Below, in pieces: positions 1 to 11,538 of a DNA stretch of 64,000 nucleotides (its first letter is position 1; every line of letters starts with the position of its first letter). The notes beneath the pieces were generated by a model. It was not told where the DNA came from. It saw only the letters and a list, made by a program, of their open reading frames with translations, and ran no database searches. The DNA lies in assembly GCF_055900595.2 (NCBI RefSeq), contig NZ_CM148325.1; one strand, given 5' to 3'. The position numbers were made by a program, and so were the translations under genes.

Positions 1-134
1 AAGGGCAAACCACTGACTGGATCAACATTAACAGCGATAACGACAATAAACGCTGCGTCTCAAAAATCACCTTTTCCGGCCATACGGTGAACTCATCGGA
101 TATGGCCACGCTGAAAATTATCGGCGACGACTAA
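1..134 (+). CDS. yaaI: 3' end of YaaI-like protein (DUF2541); start lies outside the window
   Basis: Open frame 3..134 ending in TAA at 132..134 (…TLKIIGDD*); sits 25 bp upstream of yaaW as in K-12. Confidence 0.5.
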
Positions 135-159
135 CGCCAGAATATAGAAGCCACAAAAA

Positions 160-873
160 ATGAATGTTAATTACCTGAATGATTCAGATCTGGATTTTCT
201 CCAGCATTGTAGTGAGGAACAATTGGCAAATTTCGCCCGGCTGCTCACCCATAATGAAAAAGGCAAAACTCGCCTCTCCAGCGTACTGATGCGCAACGAA
301 CTGTTTAAATCGATGGAAGGACATCCCGAGCAACATCGCCGCAACTGGCAGCTGATTGCCGGAGAATTACAGCATTTTGGTGGCGATAGTATCGCCAACA
401 AACTGCGTGGACACGGTAAATTGTATCGGGCCATTTTGCTCGATGTTTCAAAACGATTGAAGCTGAAAGCCGACAAAGAGATGTCTACGTTTGAAATTGA
501 GCAACAGTTACTGGAACAATTTCTGCGTAATACCTGGAAGAAAATGGACGAGGAACATAAGCAGGAGTTTCTGCACGCGGTCGATGCCAGGGTGAATGAG
601 CTGGAAGAGCTGCTGCCGCTGCTGATGAAAGACAAATTATTGGCAAAAGGCGTGTCGCATTTGCTTTCCAACCAATTGACCCGCATTTTACGCACCCACG
701 CAGCAATGAGCGTACTTGGGCATGGTTTGCTGCGCGGCGCGGGGCTGGGAGGCCCTGTAGGCGCGGCACTAAATGGGGTTAAAGCGGTCAGCGGCAGCGC
801 CTATCGCGTGACGATTCCAGCCGTACTGCAAATCGCCTGCCTGCGTCGGATGGTTAGTGCCACTCAGGTCTGA
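160..873 (+). CDS. yaaW: UPF0174 family protein YaaW
   Basis: 237-aa ORF, length and position match K-12 yaaW between yaaI and satP. Confidence 0.8.
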   Translation: MNVNYLNDSDLDFLQHCSEEQLANFARLLTHNEKGKTRLSSVLMRNELFKSMEGHPEQHRRNWQLIAGELQHFGGDSIANKLRGHGKLYRAILLDVSKRLKLKADKEMSTFEIEQQLLEQFLRNTWKKMDEEHKQEFLHAVDARVNELEELLPLLMKDKLLAKGVSHLLSNQLTRILRTHAAMSVLGHGLLRGAGLGGPVGAALNGVKAVSGSAYRVTIPAVLQIACLRRMVSATQV

Positions 874-1021
874 TACCGGAAACCGGGGAAAATTTTCATT
901 TTCCCTTCAAAAGATCGTAGACACTGCCCCACTGGCTGATTATTATGCCGCGCCCTGAAAACACTACAGTTATTCAGGGAAATTATTTCACCATTCATTC
1001 GATGATGATTTTTGAGGAATT

Positions 1022-1588
1022 ATGGGCAACACTAAGTTGGCTAATCCGGCACCGCTGGGCCTGATGGGCTTCGGCATGACCACCATTCTGCTTAACCTGC
1101 ACAACGTGGGTTATTTCGCTCTTGACGGTATTATTCTTGCAATGGGCATTTTCTACGGCGGCATCGCGCAAATTTTTGCTGGTCTGCTGGAGTACAAAAA
1201 AGGCAACACTTTCGGTTTAACCGCATTCACCTCTTACGGTTCTTTCTGGCTGACGCTGGTTGCGATTCTGCTGATGCCGAAACTGGGTCTGACCGATGCG
1301 CCAAATGCACAGTTCCTTGGTGTATACTTGGGTCTGTGGGGCGTATTTACGCTGTTTATGTTCTTCGGCACGCTGAAAGGCGCACGCGTTCTGCAATTCG
1401 TTTTCTTTAGCCTGACCGTGCTGTTTGCCCTGCTGGCGATCGGTAACATTGTCGGTAATGCCGCGATCATCCACTTTGCCGGCTGGATTGGTCTGATCTG
1501 CGGTGCCAGCGCAATCTATCTGGCGATGGGTGAAGTACTGAACGAGCAGTTTGGTCGCACCGTTCTGCCGATTGGTGAATCCCACTAA
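1022..1588 (+). CDS. satP: succinate-acetate/proton symporter SatP (YaaH)
   Basis: 188-aa hydrophobic ORF, GPR1/FUN34/YaaH family; synteny upstream of mog. Confidence 0.9.
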   Translation: MGNTKLANPAPLGLMGFGMTTILLNLHNVGYFALDGIILAMGIFYGGIAQIFAGLLEYKKGNTFGLTAFTSYGSFWLTLVAILLMPKLGLTDAPNAQFLGVYLGLWGVFTLFMFFGTLKGARVLQFVFFSLTVLFALLAIGNIVGNAAIIHFAGWIGLICGASAIYLAMGEVLNEQFGRTVLPIGESH

Positions 1589-1598
1589 TTGTTTTGAG

Positions 1599-1626
1599 AT
1601 CCCCCCGCTCGGGGGGATTTTTTTAT
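1599..1626 (+). terminator. rho-independent terminator after satP (hairpin ATCCCCCC-GCTC-GGGGGGAT plus T-run); overlaps the mog stop codon
   Basis: Perfect 8-bp GC-rich stem at 1599-1618 followed by TTTTTTTATT. Confidence 0.75.
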
Positions 1627-2210
1627 TCGCTAACTTCGCGTCTTGCACTCTTCGGTCTGAATGCTGCAACTACTTCCGGTGCCGTTTCAACGTATGGCCC
1701 TTCCAGCAATTGAATGCAGTACGGTACGCTGGCAAAAATACCGTGTACCACAACGTTACCCTCAGCATCCTTCACCCCTTCCAGCGTCTCTTTAATAGAC
1801 TTCGGCTGACCGGGTAAGTTAAGGATTAGTGCTTGTTTGCGAATCACGCCCACCTGGCGCGAAAGGATCGCGGTTGGAACAAAATGCAGGCTAATTTGGC
1901 GCATCTGTTCACCAAAGCCTGGCATCTCGCGGTCCGCTACTGCCAGCGTCGCATCGGGTGTGACGTCACGACGCGCCGGGCCAGTTCCGCCCGTGGTGAG
2001 CACCAGATGGCAACTCATTTCATCCACCAGCTCACACAACGTTTGCTCGATGATCGCCTGCTCGTCGGGGATTAAGCGGGTTTCCAGTTCAAACGGCGTG
2101 GTTAGCGCCGATGTCAGCCATTCTTCCAGCGCTGGGATGCCTTTATCCTGATAAACGCCGCTGGATGCGCGATCAGAGATGGAAACTAAGCCAATACGTA
2201 AAGTATTCAT
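1623..2210 (-). CDS. mog: molybdopterin adenylyltransferase Mog
   Basis: 195-aa ORF (MNTLRIGLVSISDRASSGVYQDKGIPALEEWL…), MoaB/MogA fold; synteny. Confidence 0.9.
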   Translation of the reverse strand: MNTLRIGLVSISDRASSGVYQDKGIPALEEWLTSALTTPFELETRLIPDEQAIIEQTLCELVDEMSCHLVLTTGGTGPARRDVTPDATLAVADREMPGFGEQMRQISLHFVPTAILSRQVGVIRKQALILNLPGQPKSIKETLEGVKDAEGNVVVHGIFASVPYCIQLLEGPYVETAPEVVAAFRPKSARREVSE

Positions 2211-2324
2211 TAAGATTTTTCCGTTTAAACAGTCTCGTTAAACAGAATGATACACTGCGAAGGGAGTGACAGACAGGCTTCAGAAGAGGTAGCGTGACCG
2301 ACTTCCCGGTCACGCTAAGAATGA

Positions 2325-3278
2325 TTACAGCAGATCGCCGATCATTTTTTCCAGTTTTTCCTGGTCAACAGCAAACTTACGGATACCTTCTGCCAGTTTA
2401 TCTACTGCCATTGGATCCTGGTTGTGCTGCCACAGGAACTCGGACTCAGTGATACGCGCCGGACGCGCTTTCACTTCGCCGGTGTAAGACAGTTTACGCT
2501 CGACAGCCCCTTCGCTCTCAGCCAGCTCTTTCAGCAGTGCCGGTGCGATGGTCAGACGGTCGCAGCCTGCCAGTTCCAGAATTTCGCCGATGTTACGGAA
2601 GCTTGCGCCCATCACCACGGTTTCATAACCGTGCTCTTTGTAGTACTGGTAGATTTCAGATACAGAAACCACGCCCGGATCTTCTGCCGGAGCGTACTCT
2701 TTCTTATCAGTATTCGCTTTGTACCAGTCAAGAATACGGCCAACAAATGGCGAGATCAGGAACACGCCTGCTTCCGCACAAGCACGAGCCTGAGCGAAGG
2801 AGAACAGCAGGGTCAGGTTACAGTTGATACCTTCTTTTTCCAGCTGTTCTGCAGCACGGATACCCTGCCAGGTAGAAGCCAGTTTGATCAGAATACGATC
2901 GTTGCTAATACCTGCATCGTTGTAGAGTTTGATCAGGCGTTTTGCTTTCGCAATTGACGCTTCGGTGTCATAGGAAAGACGCGCATCAACTTCAGTTGAG
3001 ATACGGCCCGGAACCAGTTTCAGGATTTCCAGACCAATATTTACTGCCAGTTTGTCGGTCGCGTCCACGATTTGCTGCGCGCGATCGTTGCTCTGCTGTT
3101 TCGCCCAGGCGACAGCATCATCAATCAACTTACGATATTCCGGAATCTGCGCTGCGTTAAGAATGAGAGAAGGGTTGGTTGTGGCATCCTGCGGTTGATA
3201 CAGCTTCATTGCCGCGATGTCCCCAGTGTCGGCCACTACGGTGGTGTACTGACGAAGGGAGGTCAATTTGTCCGTCAT
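2325..3278 (-). CDS. talB: transaldolase B
   Basis: ORF 2325..3341; the known TalB N-terminus [20 protein letters not shown] begins at an internal Met, giving 317 aa. Confidence 0.92.
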   Translation of the reverse strand: MTDKLTSLRQYTTVVADTGDIAAMKLYQPQDATTNPSLILNAAQIPEYRKLIDDAVAWAKQQSNDRAQQIVDATDKLAVNIGLEILKLVPGRISTEVDARLSYDTEASIAKAKRLIKLYNDAGISNDRILIKLASTWQGIRAAEQLEKEGINCNLTLLFSFAQARACAEAGVFLISPFVGRILDWYKANTDKKEYAPAEDPGVVSVSEIYQYYKEHGYETVVMGASFRNIGEILELAGCDRLTIAPALLKELAESEGAVERKLSYTGEVKARPARITESEFLWQHNQDPMAVDKLAEGIRKFAVDQEKLEKMIGDLL

Positions 3279-3556
3279 GATAGTATTTCTCTTTAAACAG
3301 CTTGTTAGGGGGATGTAACCGGTCTGCCCTGATGATATCACGACGCAACGTCAGCGCAACCGCCGACAAGACGGTTATCGCCTGGCGAGACTGTTTCGGA
3401 TTTCTGACACTGCGTTGATATCGCCCGCCATTTTTATACAAAACCTCATGTATGCTACGCAGAAGTTATCAACTACCTCGTAGCGTATATACTTCTTAAA
3501 CAATTGGTAACGTTTACACAGGAAAGTCATCGCGACCGGCAATAAGAGGGATATGC

Positions 3557-4987
3557 ATGCCAGATTTTTTCTCCTTTATTAACAGCGTCCTTTGGGGATC
3601 GGTAATGATTTACCTGCTCTTCGGCGCAGGTTGTTGGTTCACTTTTCGCACCGGATTTGTGCAGTTTCGCTACATCCGCCAGTTTGGCAAAAGTCTTAAA
3701 AATAGCATTCATCCACAGCCAGGCGGTTTAACCTCATTTCAGTCATTGTGTACCAGTCTTGCGGCGCGCGTGGGTAGCGGCAACCTGGCTGGCGTTGCGC
3801 TGGCTATTACCGCCGGTGGACCAGGTGCCGTCTTCTGGATGTGGGTTGCCGCGTTTATCGGCATGGCGACCTCGTTTGCCGAATGTTCCCTTGCACAACT
3901 TTATAAAGAACGTGACGTTAATGGGCAGTTTCGTGGCGGACCGGCATGGTATATGGCGCGCGGGCTGGGGATGCGCTGGATGGGCGTTCTGTTCGCCCTC
4001 TTTTTGCTCATCGCCTACGGCATAATTTTCAGCGGAGTTCAGGCGAACGCCGTTGCCCGAGCCCTGAGTTTTTCTTTTGATTTTCCCCCGCTGGTGACAG
4101 GCATTATTCTTGCTGTCTTTGCTCTGCTGGCAATCACTCGCGGTCTTCATGGCGTCGCCCGGCTCATGCAGGGGTTTGTCCCGTTGATGGCGATAATCTG
4201 GGTACTGACCAGCCTGGTAATTTGCGTAATGAATATCGGGCAACTTCCCCACGTCATTTGGTCTATTTTTGAGAGTGCTTTTGGCTGGCAGGAAGCGGCA
4301 GGCGGCGCGGCGGGATATACCTTAAGCCAGGCGATTACTAACGGTTTTCAGCGCAGTATGTTTTCCAATGAGGCGGGAATGGGGTCGACGCCAAACGCGG
4401 CAGCGGCAGCTGCGTCCTGGCCTCCGCATCCCGCAGCGCAAGGGATTGTCCAGATGATTGGCATTTTTATCGACACCCTGGTCATCTGTACGGCAAGCGC
4501 CATGCTGATATTACTGGCGGGTAACGGCACAACCTACATGCCACTGGAAGGTATTCAGCTTATCCAGAAGGCGATGCGGGTGCTAATGGGTTCCTGGGGT
4601 GCGGAGTTTGTTACCCTCGTGGTTATTCTGTTTGCCTTCAGCTCCATCGTTGCCAACTACATTTATGCCGAAAACAATCTCTTCTTCTTACGCCTGAACA
4701 ACCCTAAAGCGATCTGGTGTCTGCGAATCTGCACCTTCGCAACGGTCATCGGCGGCACCTTGCTAAGTCTTCCGCTGATGTGGCAACTGGCAGATATCAT
4801 AATGGCCTGCATGGCTATTACCAATTTGACCGCCATATTACTGCTCTCGCCTGTGGTTCATACCATTGCCAGTGATTATCTACGCCAGCGTAAACTCGGC
4901 GTGCGCCCGGTGTTTGATCCGTTGCGTTATCCGGATATTGGTCGCCAGCTTTCTCCGGACGCGTGGGATGATGTTTCGCAGGAGTAA
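3557..4987 (+). CDS. yaaJ: alanine/glycine:cation symporter family transporter YaaJ
   Basis: 476-aa polytopic membrane ORF; AGCS family; synteny. Confidence 0.85.
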   Translation: MPDFFSFINSVLWGSVMIYLLFGAGCWFTFRTGFVQFRYIRQFGKSLKNSIHPQPGGLTSFQSLCTSLAARVGSGNLAGVALAITAGGPGAVFWMWVAAFIGMATSFAECSLAQLYKERDVNGQFRGGPAWYMARGLGMRWMGVLFALFLLIAYGIIFSGVQANAVARALSFSFDFPPLVTGIILAVFALLAITRGLHGVARLMQGFVPLMAIIWVLTSLVICVMNIGQLPHVIWSIFESAFGWQEAAGGAAGYTLSQAITNGFQRSMFSNEAGMGSTPNAAAAAASWPPHPAAQGIVQMIGIFIDTLVICTASAMLILLAGNGTTYMPLEGIQLIQKAMRVLMGSWGAEFVTLVVILFAFSSIVANYIYAENNLFFLRLNNPKAIWCLRICTFATVIGGTLLSLPLMWQLADIIMACMAITNLTAILLLSPVVHTIASDYLRQRKLGVRPVFDPLRYPDIGRQLSPDAWDDVSQE

Positions 4988-5056
4988 TCACAACTATCGA
5001 TCAACTCATTCTCTTTTTTTGCTAAAGTCGGCATAAATTTCCTGCAAGGACTGGAT

Positions 5057-5833
5057 ATGCTGATTCTTATTTCACCTGCGAAAACGCTCGATTACCAAAG
5101 CCCGTTGCCCACCACGCGCTATACGCTGCCGGAGCTGTTAGACAATTCCCAGCAGTTGATCCATGAAGCGCGGAAACTGACGCCTCCGCAGATTAGCACG
5201 CTGATGCGCATCAGCGACAAACTGGCGGGTATCAACGCCGCTCGCTTTCATGACTGGCAGCCAGATTTCACGCCAGAGAATGCCCGACAAGCGATTCTGG
5301 CATTTAAAGGTGATGTCTATACTGGCTTGCAGGCCGAAACCTTCAGCGAAGATGATTTCGATTTTGCCCAACAGCATTTGCGAATGCTTTCCGGCTTGTA
5401 TGGCGTACTGCGCCCGCTCGATTTAATGCAGCCTTATCGTCTGGAAATGGGGATCCGTCTTGAGAATGCCCGAGGGAAAGATCTGTATCAATTCTGGGGA
5501 GATATCATCACCAACAAGCTGAACGAGGCGCTCGCAGCACAAGGCGATAATGTGGTGATTAATCTGGCGTCAGATGAGTATTTTAAATCGGTGAAGCCGA
5601 AGAAATTGAATGCCGAGATTATCAAGCCAGTGTTCCTCGATGAGAAGAACGGCAAATTTAAGATCATCAGCTTCTACGCTAAGAAAGCACGCGGTCTGAT
5701 GAGTCGTTTCATTATTGAAAATCGGCTGACCAAACCAGAGCAACTGACTGGTTTTAATAGCGAAGGTTACTTCTTTGATGAAGCTTCCTCCAGCAACGGC
5801 GAACTGGTGTTTAAACGCTACGAGCAGCGTTAA
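5057..5833 (+). CDS. yaaA: peroxide stress resistance protein YaaA (DUF328)
   Basis: 258-aa [19 protein letters not shown]…; synteny. Confidence 0.88.
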   Translation: MLILISPAKTLDYQSPLPTTRYTLPELLDNSQQLIHEARKLTPPQISTLMRISDKLAGINAARFHDWQPDFTPENARQAILAFKGDVYTGLQAETFSEDDFDFAQQHLRMLSGLYGVLRPLDLMQPYRLEMGIRLENARGKDLYQFWGDIITNKLNEALAAQGDNVVINLASDEYFKSVKPKKLNAEIIKPVFLDEKNGKFKIISFYAKKARGLMSRFIIENRLTKPEQLTGFNSEGYFFDEASSSNGELVFKRYEQR

Positions 5834-5844
5834 GTTTGCAGTAA

Positions 5845-5965
5845 ATGCCGGATGCGGCGTGAACGCCTTATCCGGCCTACAAAAGCATGCAGATTCAATA
5901 TATTGCAGAATTAACGTAGGCCTGATAAGACGCGCCAGCGTCGCATCAGGCGCTGAATGCCGGAT
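5845..5965. repeat. REP (repetitive extragenic palindromic) elements
   Basis: GCCGGATGCGGCGTGAACGCCTTATCCGGCCTAC and TAGGCCTGATAAGACGCGCCAGCGTCGCATCAGGC motifs. Confidence 0.85.
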
Positions 5966-5985
5966 TGTTACCCAGCATTTGTCAT

Positions 5986-6282
5986 TTAGCGGTGATGTTT
6001 GCCTGGACCATGACCGCCGTGATGATCATGAGGAGCTTTCTTATGGTGGCGCGGCGGTGGCGGCGGTCCGTGTGGGTGCCAGCGATTGCCTCGCCATTCA
6101 TAATGTTGTTTCCACCAGCCGTGGTCGCGCCAGTGACCGCCATCCCAGTAATAGCCACGATTATCACGATCGCCTATCTGTAATTTTACTGACGGGACTA
6201 ACGTAATTTCCGCAGCCTGTGCTGCCATGGGAGCGACCAGAACCAGGGAAAGTGCGAGTACGATAGATTGCATCTTTTTCAC
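5986..6282 (-). CDS. yaaX: DUF2502 protein YaaX (signal peptide, His/Pro-rich C-terminus)
   Basis: 98-aa [26 protein letters not shown]…; synteny between yaaA and thrC. Confidence 0.7.
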   Translation of the reverse strand: MKKMQSIVLALSLVLVAPMAAQAAEITLVPSVKLQIGDRDNRGYYWDGGHWRDHGWWKQHYEWRGNRWHPHGPPPPPRHHKKAPHDHHGGHGPGKHHR

Positions 6283-6495
6283 AGGTTACTCCTTTTATCA
6301 TTGCCCGTTATGGGTCGATATCCGGAGATTACGCGATGAGAACGGCGGTTGTTATTCTCCGCAATCCTAATCTCTAAGTTACCGCATTTATTGAGAATTT
6401 CTCCTTTTTTCCTGTCGTTTTTCTCCATATTTTCTTCATAAAAAAGCCGGGCTGTATAAAAGCAAACCCGGCCTGATTGAGATAATGAATAGATG

Positions 6496-7782
6496 TTACT
6501 GATGATTCATCATCAATTTACGCAACGCAGCAAAATCGGCGGGCAGATTATGCGAAAGCAAGGGTAAATCAGCACGTTCTGCCAGCTCTTTTGGCAGATC
6601 CAATGTTTCACCGAGAATCGCTTCCACGCTCTCTTTAAATTTCGCCGGATGCGCGGTGCCGAGGAACAAGCCATATTCGCCTGGATGCAACTGGTCACGC
6701 AGCGCACGATAAGCTACGGCAGCGTGCGGCTCCGAGGTATAGCCCAGTTCTTTTAACTCACGCATTGTCTGTTGCGTGGTTTCATCATCTACGGCTGCAT
6801 AACCCAGCTCTTTCAGTTGCCAGATTTTGCGGCGGAATAACTCCTCCACACGCGGCCAGTTGTTCGGCTGACTCACGTCCATCGCATTGGATAATGTCGC
6901 CTGAGTCGCTTTAGGGGACCACTGCCCGTCGTGCAGGAAACGCGGCACGGTATCGTTCACGTTAGTGGCAGCGATAAAACGCTTCACCGGCAGGCCAAGA
7001 GATTTCGCCAGCAGGCCCGCAGTCAAATCGCCGAAGTTACCGCTCGGCACCGAGACAACCAGCTGGTTGCGCGCTTCCTGCGGCAGCTGCGCAACAGCTT
7101 CAAAGTAGTAGCAAATCTGCGCCAGCAAACGGCTGATGTTAATGGAGTTAGCAGAGTTTAGCCCCAGCGCCACTTTCAGTTCTTCATCATCAAACGCCTG
7201 CTTCACCAGCGCCTGACAGGCATCGAAATCGCCGTCGATGGCAACAGTTTCAATATTGCCGCCCAATGTACAGAACAGTTTTTCTTGCAGTGGACTGATT
7301 TTGCCTCGTGGATAGAGGATAACCACTTTCACATTCGGCAAACCGTAGAAAGCATGAGCCACTGCCGCTCCGGTATCACCGGAGGTCGCAGTCAGAATGG
7401 TCACTGGCTTATCGCCCGCAATATGGGTCAGCATTTGTGCCATAAAGCGACCGCCGAAATCTTTAAATGCCAGCGTTGGCCCGTGAAACAACTCCAGACA
7501 ACCGACATCGCTTTCAACATTGGCGACCGGAGCCGGGAAGGCAAACGCCGCGCATACGCGCTCTTCCAGGATTTCCTGCGGGATTTCATCACCAATAAAC
7601 GCCGAGAGGATCTTCGCACTGCGGGTGACAAAATCCAGCTTCAGCATCTCATCAATTTCAGTCAGGCTGAATTCCGGCAGGTCGTGCGGGAAAAACAGCC
7701 CCTGATTTTTGCCCAACCCCTGAGTTACGGCTTGCGCAAAGCTGACCTGTTCGTTGTGATCTTTCAGATTGTAGAGTTTCAT
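6496..7782 (-). CDS. thrC: threonine synthase
   Basis: 428-aa ORF MKLYNLKDHNEQVSFAQAVTQGLGKNQGLFFP…; last gene of thrABC. Confidence 0.95.
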   Translation of the reverse strand: MKLYNLKDHNEQVSFAQAVTQGLGKNQGLFFPHDLPEFSLTEIDEMLKLDFVTRSAKILSAFIGDEIPQEILEERVCAAFAFPAPVANVESDVGCLELFHGPTLAFKDFGGRFMAQMLTHIAGDKPVTILTATSGDTGAAVAHAFYGLPNVKVVILYPRGKISPLQEKLFCTLGGNIETVAIDGDFDACQALVKQAFDDEELKVALGLNSANSINISRLLAQICYYFEAVAQLPQEARNQLVVSVPSGNFGDLTAGLLAKSLGLPVKRFIAATNVNDTVPRFLHDGQWSPKATQATLSNAMDVSQPNNWPRVEELFRRKIWQLKELGYAAVDDETTQQTMRELKELGYTSEPHAAVAYRALRDQLHPGEYGLFLGTAHPAKFKESVEAILGETLDLPKELAERADLPLLSHNLPADFAALRKLMMNHQ

Positions 7783-8715
7783 TTAGTTTTCCAGTACTCG
7801 TGCGCCCGCCGTATCCAGCCGGCAAATATGAACAAAACCTTCCTGATTTTGCAGGTAGTTCTTACCCAACCAGTCGGCAACGCGCTGGACGGTATCCGGC
7901 TTGTCACACAGAGCGAACAAGGTCGGCCCGGATCCGGAGATACCGCTCGCTACCGCGCCGATTTCCGCGACCGCCTGCCGCGCCTGCTTGAAGCCAGGCA
8001 GTAAACGTTCACGGTAAGGTTCAGCGATAACATCTTTCATCAACTTCGCGGCAAGCTCAGGTTGACGGGAATAGCAGGCGTGAATGAAGCCTGCCAGATG
8101 TCGCCCGTGCGCAATGCAATCCTGGCGGCGATACTGTGCCGGTAAAATCGCCCGGGCTTCTGCCGTCGAGACTTTAATCCCCGGATATGCCAGCACCCAC
8201 AGCCACTCATCAAACCCCGGCACTTGCTGGCTGATGATGTCGTTTTCTTCGATCATCAACTGCATACCACCAAGAAAACACGGTGCCACGTTGTCGTAAT
8301 GAATGCTGCCGGAGATACGCCCTTCCAGCTCGCCCATCAAAGCCAGCAAACGAGTGTCATTAAGCGGCTTGCCGCAGTGTTCATTCATCGCCATCAGCGC
8401 CGCGACCACCGAACAGGCACTGGAGCCTAAGCCCGAGCCGATCGGCATATTCTTTTCCAGCGTCATTGCCACTGGAATTTGCTTGCCCAGCTCCTGGCAA
8501 AAACGCTCCCAGCACTGATAAACGATATTTTCCCGTGGTTCTGACGGCAGCTTATCGGCAAAGCGTCCAAGGTTGTTGAGACTGAATGTCTCTGCCGCCT
8601 CAACCGTGACTACATCTCCGAGCAATGCACCATCAACGGGTGTCACCGCCGCCCCGAGCACATCAAACCCGACGCTCATATTGGCACTGGAAGCCGGGGC
8701 ATAAACTTTAACCAT
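7783..8715 (-). CDS. thrB: homoserine kinase
   Basis: 310-aa [27 protein letters not shown]…; GHMP kinase. Confidence 0.95.
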   Translation of the reverse strand: MVKVYAPASSANMSVGFDVLGAAVTPVDGALLGDVVTVEAAETFSLNNLGRFADKLPSEPRENIVYQCWERFCQELGKQIPVAMTLEKNMPIGSGLGSSACSVVAALMAMNEHCGKPLNDTRLLALMGELEGRISGSIHYDNVAPCFLGGMQLMIEENDIISQQVPGFDEWLWVLAYPGIKVSTAEARAILPAQYRRQDCIAHGRHLAGFIHACYSRQPELAAKLMKDVIAEPYRERLLPGFKQARQAVAEIGAVASGISGSGPTLFALCDKPDTVQRVADWLGKNYLQNQEGFVHICRLDTAGARVLEN

Positions 8716-8716
8716 G

Positions 8717-11179
8717 TCAGACTCCTAACTTCCATGAGAGGGTACGTAGCAGATCGGCAAAGACACCAGCAGCTGTAACGTCATTGCCCGCGCCATATCC
8801 GCGCAGAACCAACGGCAGCGGCTGATAATAGTGGCTATAGAAGGCCAGGGCGTTTTCGCCATTTTTCACTTTGAACAGCGGATCATTGCCATCCACTTCG
8901 GCAATCTTCACGCGGCAGATGCCATCTTCATCAATATTGCCAACATAGCGCAAAACTTTGCCCTCATCACGAGCCTTCGCCACGCGTGCGGCAAAGAGAT
9001 CGTCGAGCTGTGACAGATTCGCCATAAAAGCTGCAACATCACCCTCTGCGTTAAACTCTGCGGGCAGCACAGGTTCAATTTCAATATCCGCCAGTTCCAG
9101 TTCACGTCCCGTTTCACGGGCGAGAATCAATAGCTTACGCGCCACATCCATACCAGAAAGATCATCTCGCGGGTCCGGTTCGGTATAACCCATTTCCCGC
9201 GCCAGCGTGGTCGCCTCGGAGAAACTCATGCCTTCGTCTAACTTGCCGAAGATATAAGAAAGCGAACCGGAAAGAATGCCGGAGAACTTCATTAATTCAT
9301 CACCTGCGTTGAGCAGATTTTGCAGGTTCTCAATAACCGGTAATCCAGCCCCAACGTTAGTGTCATAGAGGAATTTACGCCGCGATTTTTCCGCCGCATA
9401 ACGCAACTGATGGTAGTAATCCATCGACGAGGTGTTGGCCTTTTTGTTTGGCGTAACCACGTGGAAACCTTCGCGCAGGAAGTCAGCATACTGATCCGCC
9501 ACCGCCTGGCTGGAGGTACAGTCGACAATCACCGGATTCAGCAAATGATATTCTTTCACCAGGCGAATTAAGCGCCCGAGGTTAAACGGCTCTTTGGCTT
9601 GCGCCAGTTCTTCCTGCCAGTTCTCCAGATTAAGGCCATGCACATTGGTGAGCAGAGCCTTTGAGTTGGCAACGCCGCAGACACGTAAGTCGATATGTTT
9701 ATTCTTCAGCCAGCTTTGCTGGCGCTTCAGTTGCTCCAGCAGCGCACCGCCAACACCACCGACGCCAATCACAAACACTTCGATAACCTGATCGGTATTG
9801 AACAGCATCTGGTGGGTAACGCGCACGCCAGTGGTCGCATCATCGTTATTTACCACGACAGAGATTGAGCGTTCAGAAGATCCCTGAGCAATGGCGACAA
9901 TGTTGATATTGGCGCGGGCCAGCGCGGCAAAGAATTTCGCCGAGATCCCACGCAAGGTGCGCATACCATCACCTACCACCGAGATAATGGCTAGCCGTTC
10001 CGTCACCGCCAGCGGCTCCAGCAAGCCTTCCTTCAGTTCAAGATAGAACTCTTCCTGCATCGCCCGTTCAGCTCGCACACAGTCGCTTTGTGGAACGCAG
10101 AAACTGATACTGTATTCAGAAGACGATTGCGTAATCAGCACCACTGAAATGCGAGCGCGTGACATCGCTGCAAAGACGCGCGCCGCCATGCCGACCATCC
10201 CTTTCATTCCCGGACCGGAAACGCTAAACATTGCCATGTTATTCAGATTGGAAATGCCCTTGACTGGTAATTCGTCTTCATCACGGCTGGCGCCAATGAG
10301 CGTACCTGGTGCTTGAGGATTTCCGGTGTTTTTAATCAGGCAAGGGATTTGGAACTGGGCGATGGGGGTAATGGTGCGGGGGTGAAGAACTTTAGCGCCG
10401 AAGTAGGAAAGCTCCATCGCTTCCTGGTAGGACATCGACTTCAACAACCTCGCATCGGGCACCTGACGCGGGTCGCAGGTATAGACCCCGTCAACGTCCG
10501 TCCAGATCTCGCAACAATCGGCGCGTAAACAGGCAGCCAGTACCGCGGCGGAGTAGTCGGAACCGTTACGTCCAAGCACCACCAGTTCGCCTTTTTCATT
10601 ACCGGCGGTGAAACCTGCCATCAGCACCATGTGGTCAGCCGGAATGCGGCTTGCCGCAATACGGCGGGTGGACTCAGCAATATCGACGGTAGATTCGAGG
10701 TAATGACCGACTGCCAGCAGTTTTTCGACCGGATCGATTACGGTAACGTTGTGACCACGCGCTTCTAACACGCCGGCCATAATGGCGATCGACATTTTCT
10801 CGCCACGGCAAATCAGTGCCGCGTTGATGCTATCCGGGCACTGCCCTAACAAACTAATACCATGCAGGACATGTTTAATTTGGGCAAATTCCTGGTCGAC
10901 GAAAGTTTTCAGCTGCGCCAGCGGGAATCCCGGCTGAGCGGCGGCGAGTCCCGTCAGAAGTTCGGCAAAAATACGTTCGGCATCGCTGATATTGGGTAAA
11001 GCATCCTGGCCGCTAATGGTTTTTTCAATCATCGCCACCAGGTGGTTGGTGATTTTGGCGGGGGCAGAGAGGACGGTGGCCACCTGCCCCTGCCTGGCAT
11101 TGCTTTCCAGAATATCGGCAACCCGCAGAAAACGTTCTGCATTTGCCACTGATGTACCGCCGAACTTCAACACTCGCAT
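8717..11179 (-). CDS. thrA: bifunctional aspartokinase I / homoserine dehydrogenase I
   Basis: ORF 8717..11221; canonical start [18 protein letters not shown] is an internal Met at 11179, giving 820 aa. Confidence 0.95.
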   Translation of the reverse strand: MRVLKFGGTSVANAERFLRVADILESNARQGQVATVLSAPAKITNHLVAMIEKTISGQDALPNISDAERIFAELLTGLAAAQPGFPLAQLKTFVDQEFAQIKHVLHGISLLGQCPDSINAALICRGEKMSIAIMAGVLEARGHNVTVIDPVEKLLAVGHYLESTVDIAESTRRIAASRIPADHMVLMAGFTAGNEKGELVVLGRNGSDYSAAVLAACLRADCCEIWTDVDGVYTCDPRQVPDARLLKSMSYQEAMELSYFGAKVLHPRTITPIAQFQIPCLIKNTGNPQAPGTLIGASRDEDELPVKGISNLNNMAMFSVSGPGMKGMVGMAARVFAAMSRARISVVLITQSSSEYSISFCVPQSDCVRAERAMQEEFYLELKEGLLEPLAVTERLAIISVVGDGMRTLRGISAKFFAALARANINIVAIAQGSSERSISVVVNNDDATTGVRVTHQMLFNTDQVIEVFVIGVGGVGGALLEQLKRQQSWLKNKHIDLRVCGVANSKALLTNVHGLNLENWQEELAQAKEPFNLGRLIRLVKEYHLLNPVIVDCTSSQAVADQYADFLREGFHVVTPNKKANTSSMDYYHQLRYAAEKSRRKFLYDTNVGAGLPVIENLQNLLNAGDELMKFSGILSGSLSYIFGKLDEGMSFSEATTLAREMGYTEPDPRDDLSGMDVARKLLILARETGRELELADIEIEPVLPAEFNAEGDVAAFMANLSQLDDLFAARVAKARDEGKVLRYVGNIDEDGICRVKIAEVDGNDPLFKVKNGENALAFYSHYYQPLPLVLRGYGAGNDVTAAGVFADLLRTLSWKLGV

Positions 11180-11204
11180 GGTTGTTACCTCGTTACCTTT
11201 GGTC

Positions 11205-11240
11205 GAAAAAAAAGCCCGCACTGTCAGGTGCGGGCTTTTT
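11205..11240 (-). terminator. thr operon attenuator (leader terminator hairpin plus U-run)
   Basis: AGCCCGCAC-CTGACA-GTGCGGGCT hairpin followed by T8 on the minus strand, between thrL and thrA. Confidence 0.85.
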
Positions 11241-11259
11241 TCTGTGTTTCCTGTACGCG

Positions 11260-11328
<69 letters not shown>

Positions 11329-11538
11329 TGTTGTGTACTCTGTAATTTTTATCTGTCTGTGCGCTATGCCTATATTGGTTAAAGTATTTAGTGACCTAAG
11401 TCAATAAAATTTTAATTTACTCACGGCAGGTAACCAGTTCAGAAGCTGCTGTCAGAGACACTTTTTTTAATCCACACAGAGACATATTGCCCGTTGCAGT
11501 CAGAATGAAAAGCTGAAAAACACTTACTAAGGCGTTTT

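Noticed and set aside
5775-6282. Plus-strand ORFs 5775..6206 and 5965..6183 across the REP elements and yaaX
   Set aside because: They are driven by palindromic REP sequence and the antisense of His/Pro-rich yaaX, with no RBS or coherent domain
6480-6495. ATGAATAGAT motif next to the thrC stop, similar to the TGAATAGAT repeats near 30665
   Set aside because: A single 9-10-bp match in a 64-kb window is expected by chance and is not iterated here
8831-10528. Several 60-97-aa ORFs antisense to or out of frame within thrA (e.g. 8831..9013, 8958..9188, 9594..9791, 10313..10528)
   Set aside because: They are embedded in a well-supported long coding region and have low-complexity Ser/Ala/Arg-rich translations typical of spurious frames
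11205-11240. Possible 1-bp length difference in the thr attenuator A/T-run relative to my recollection of K-12 spacing between thrL and thrA
   Set aside because: It rests only on remembered reference coordinates; the hairpin and U-run are intact, so function is not predicted to change
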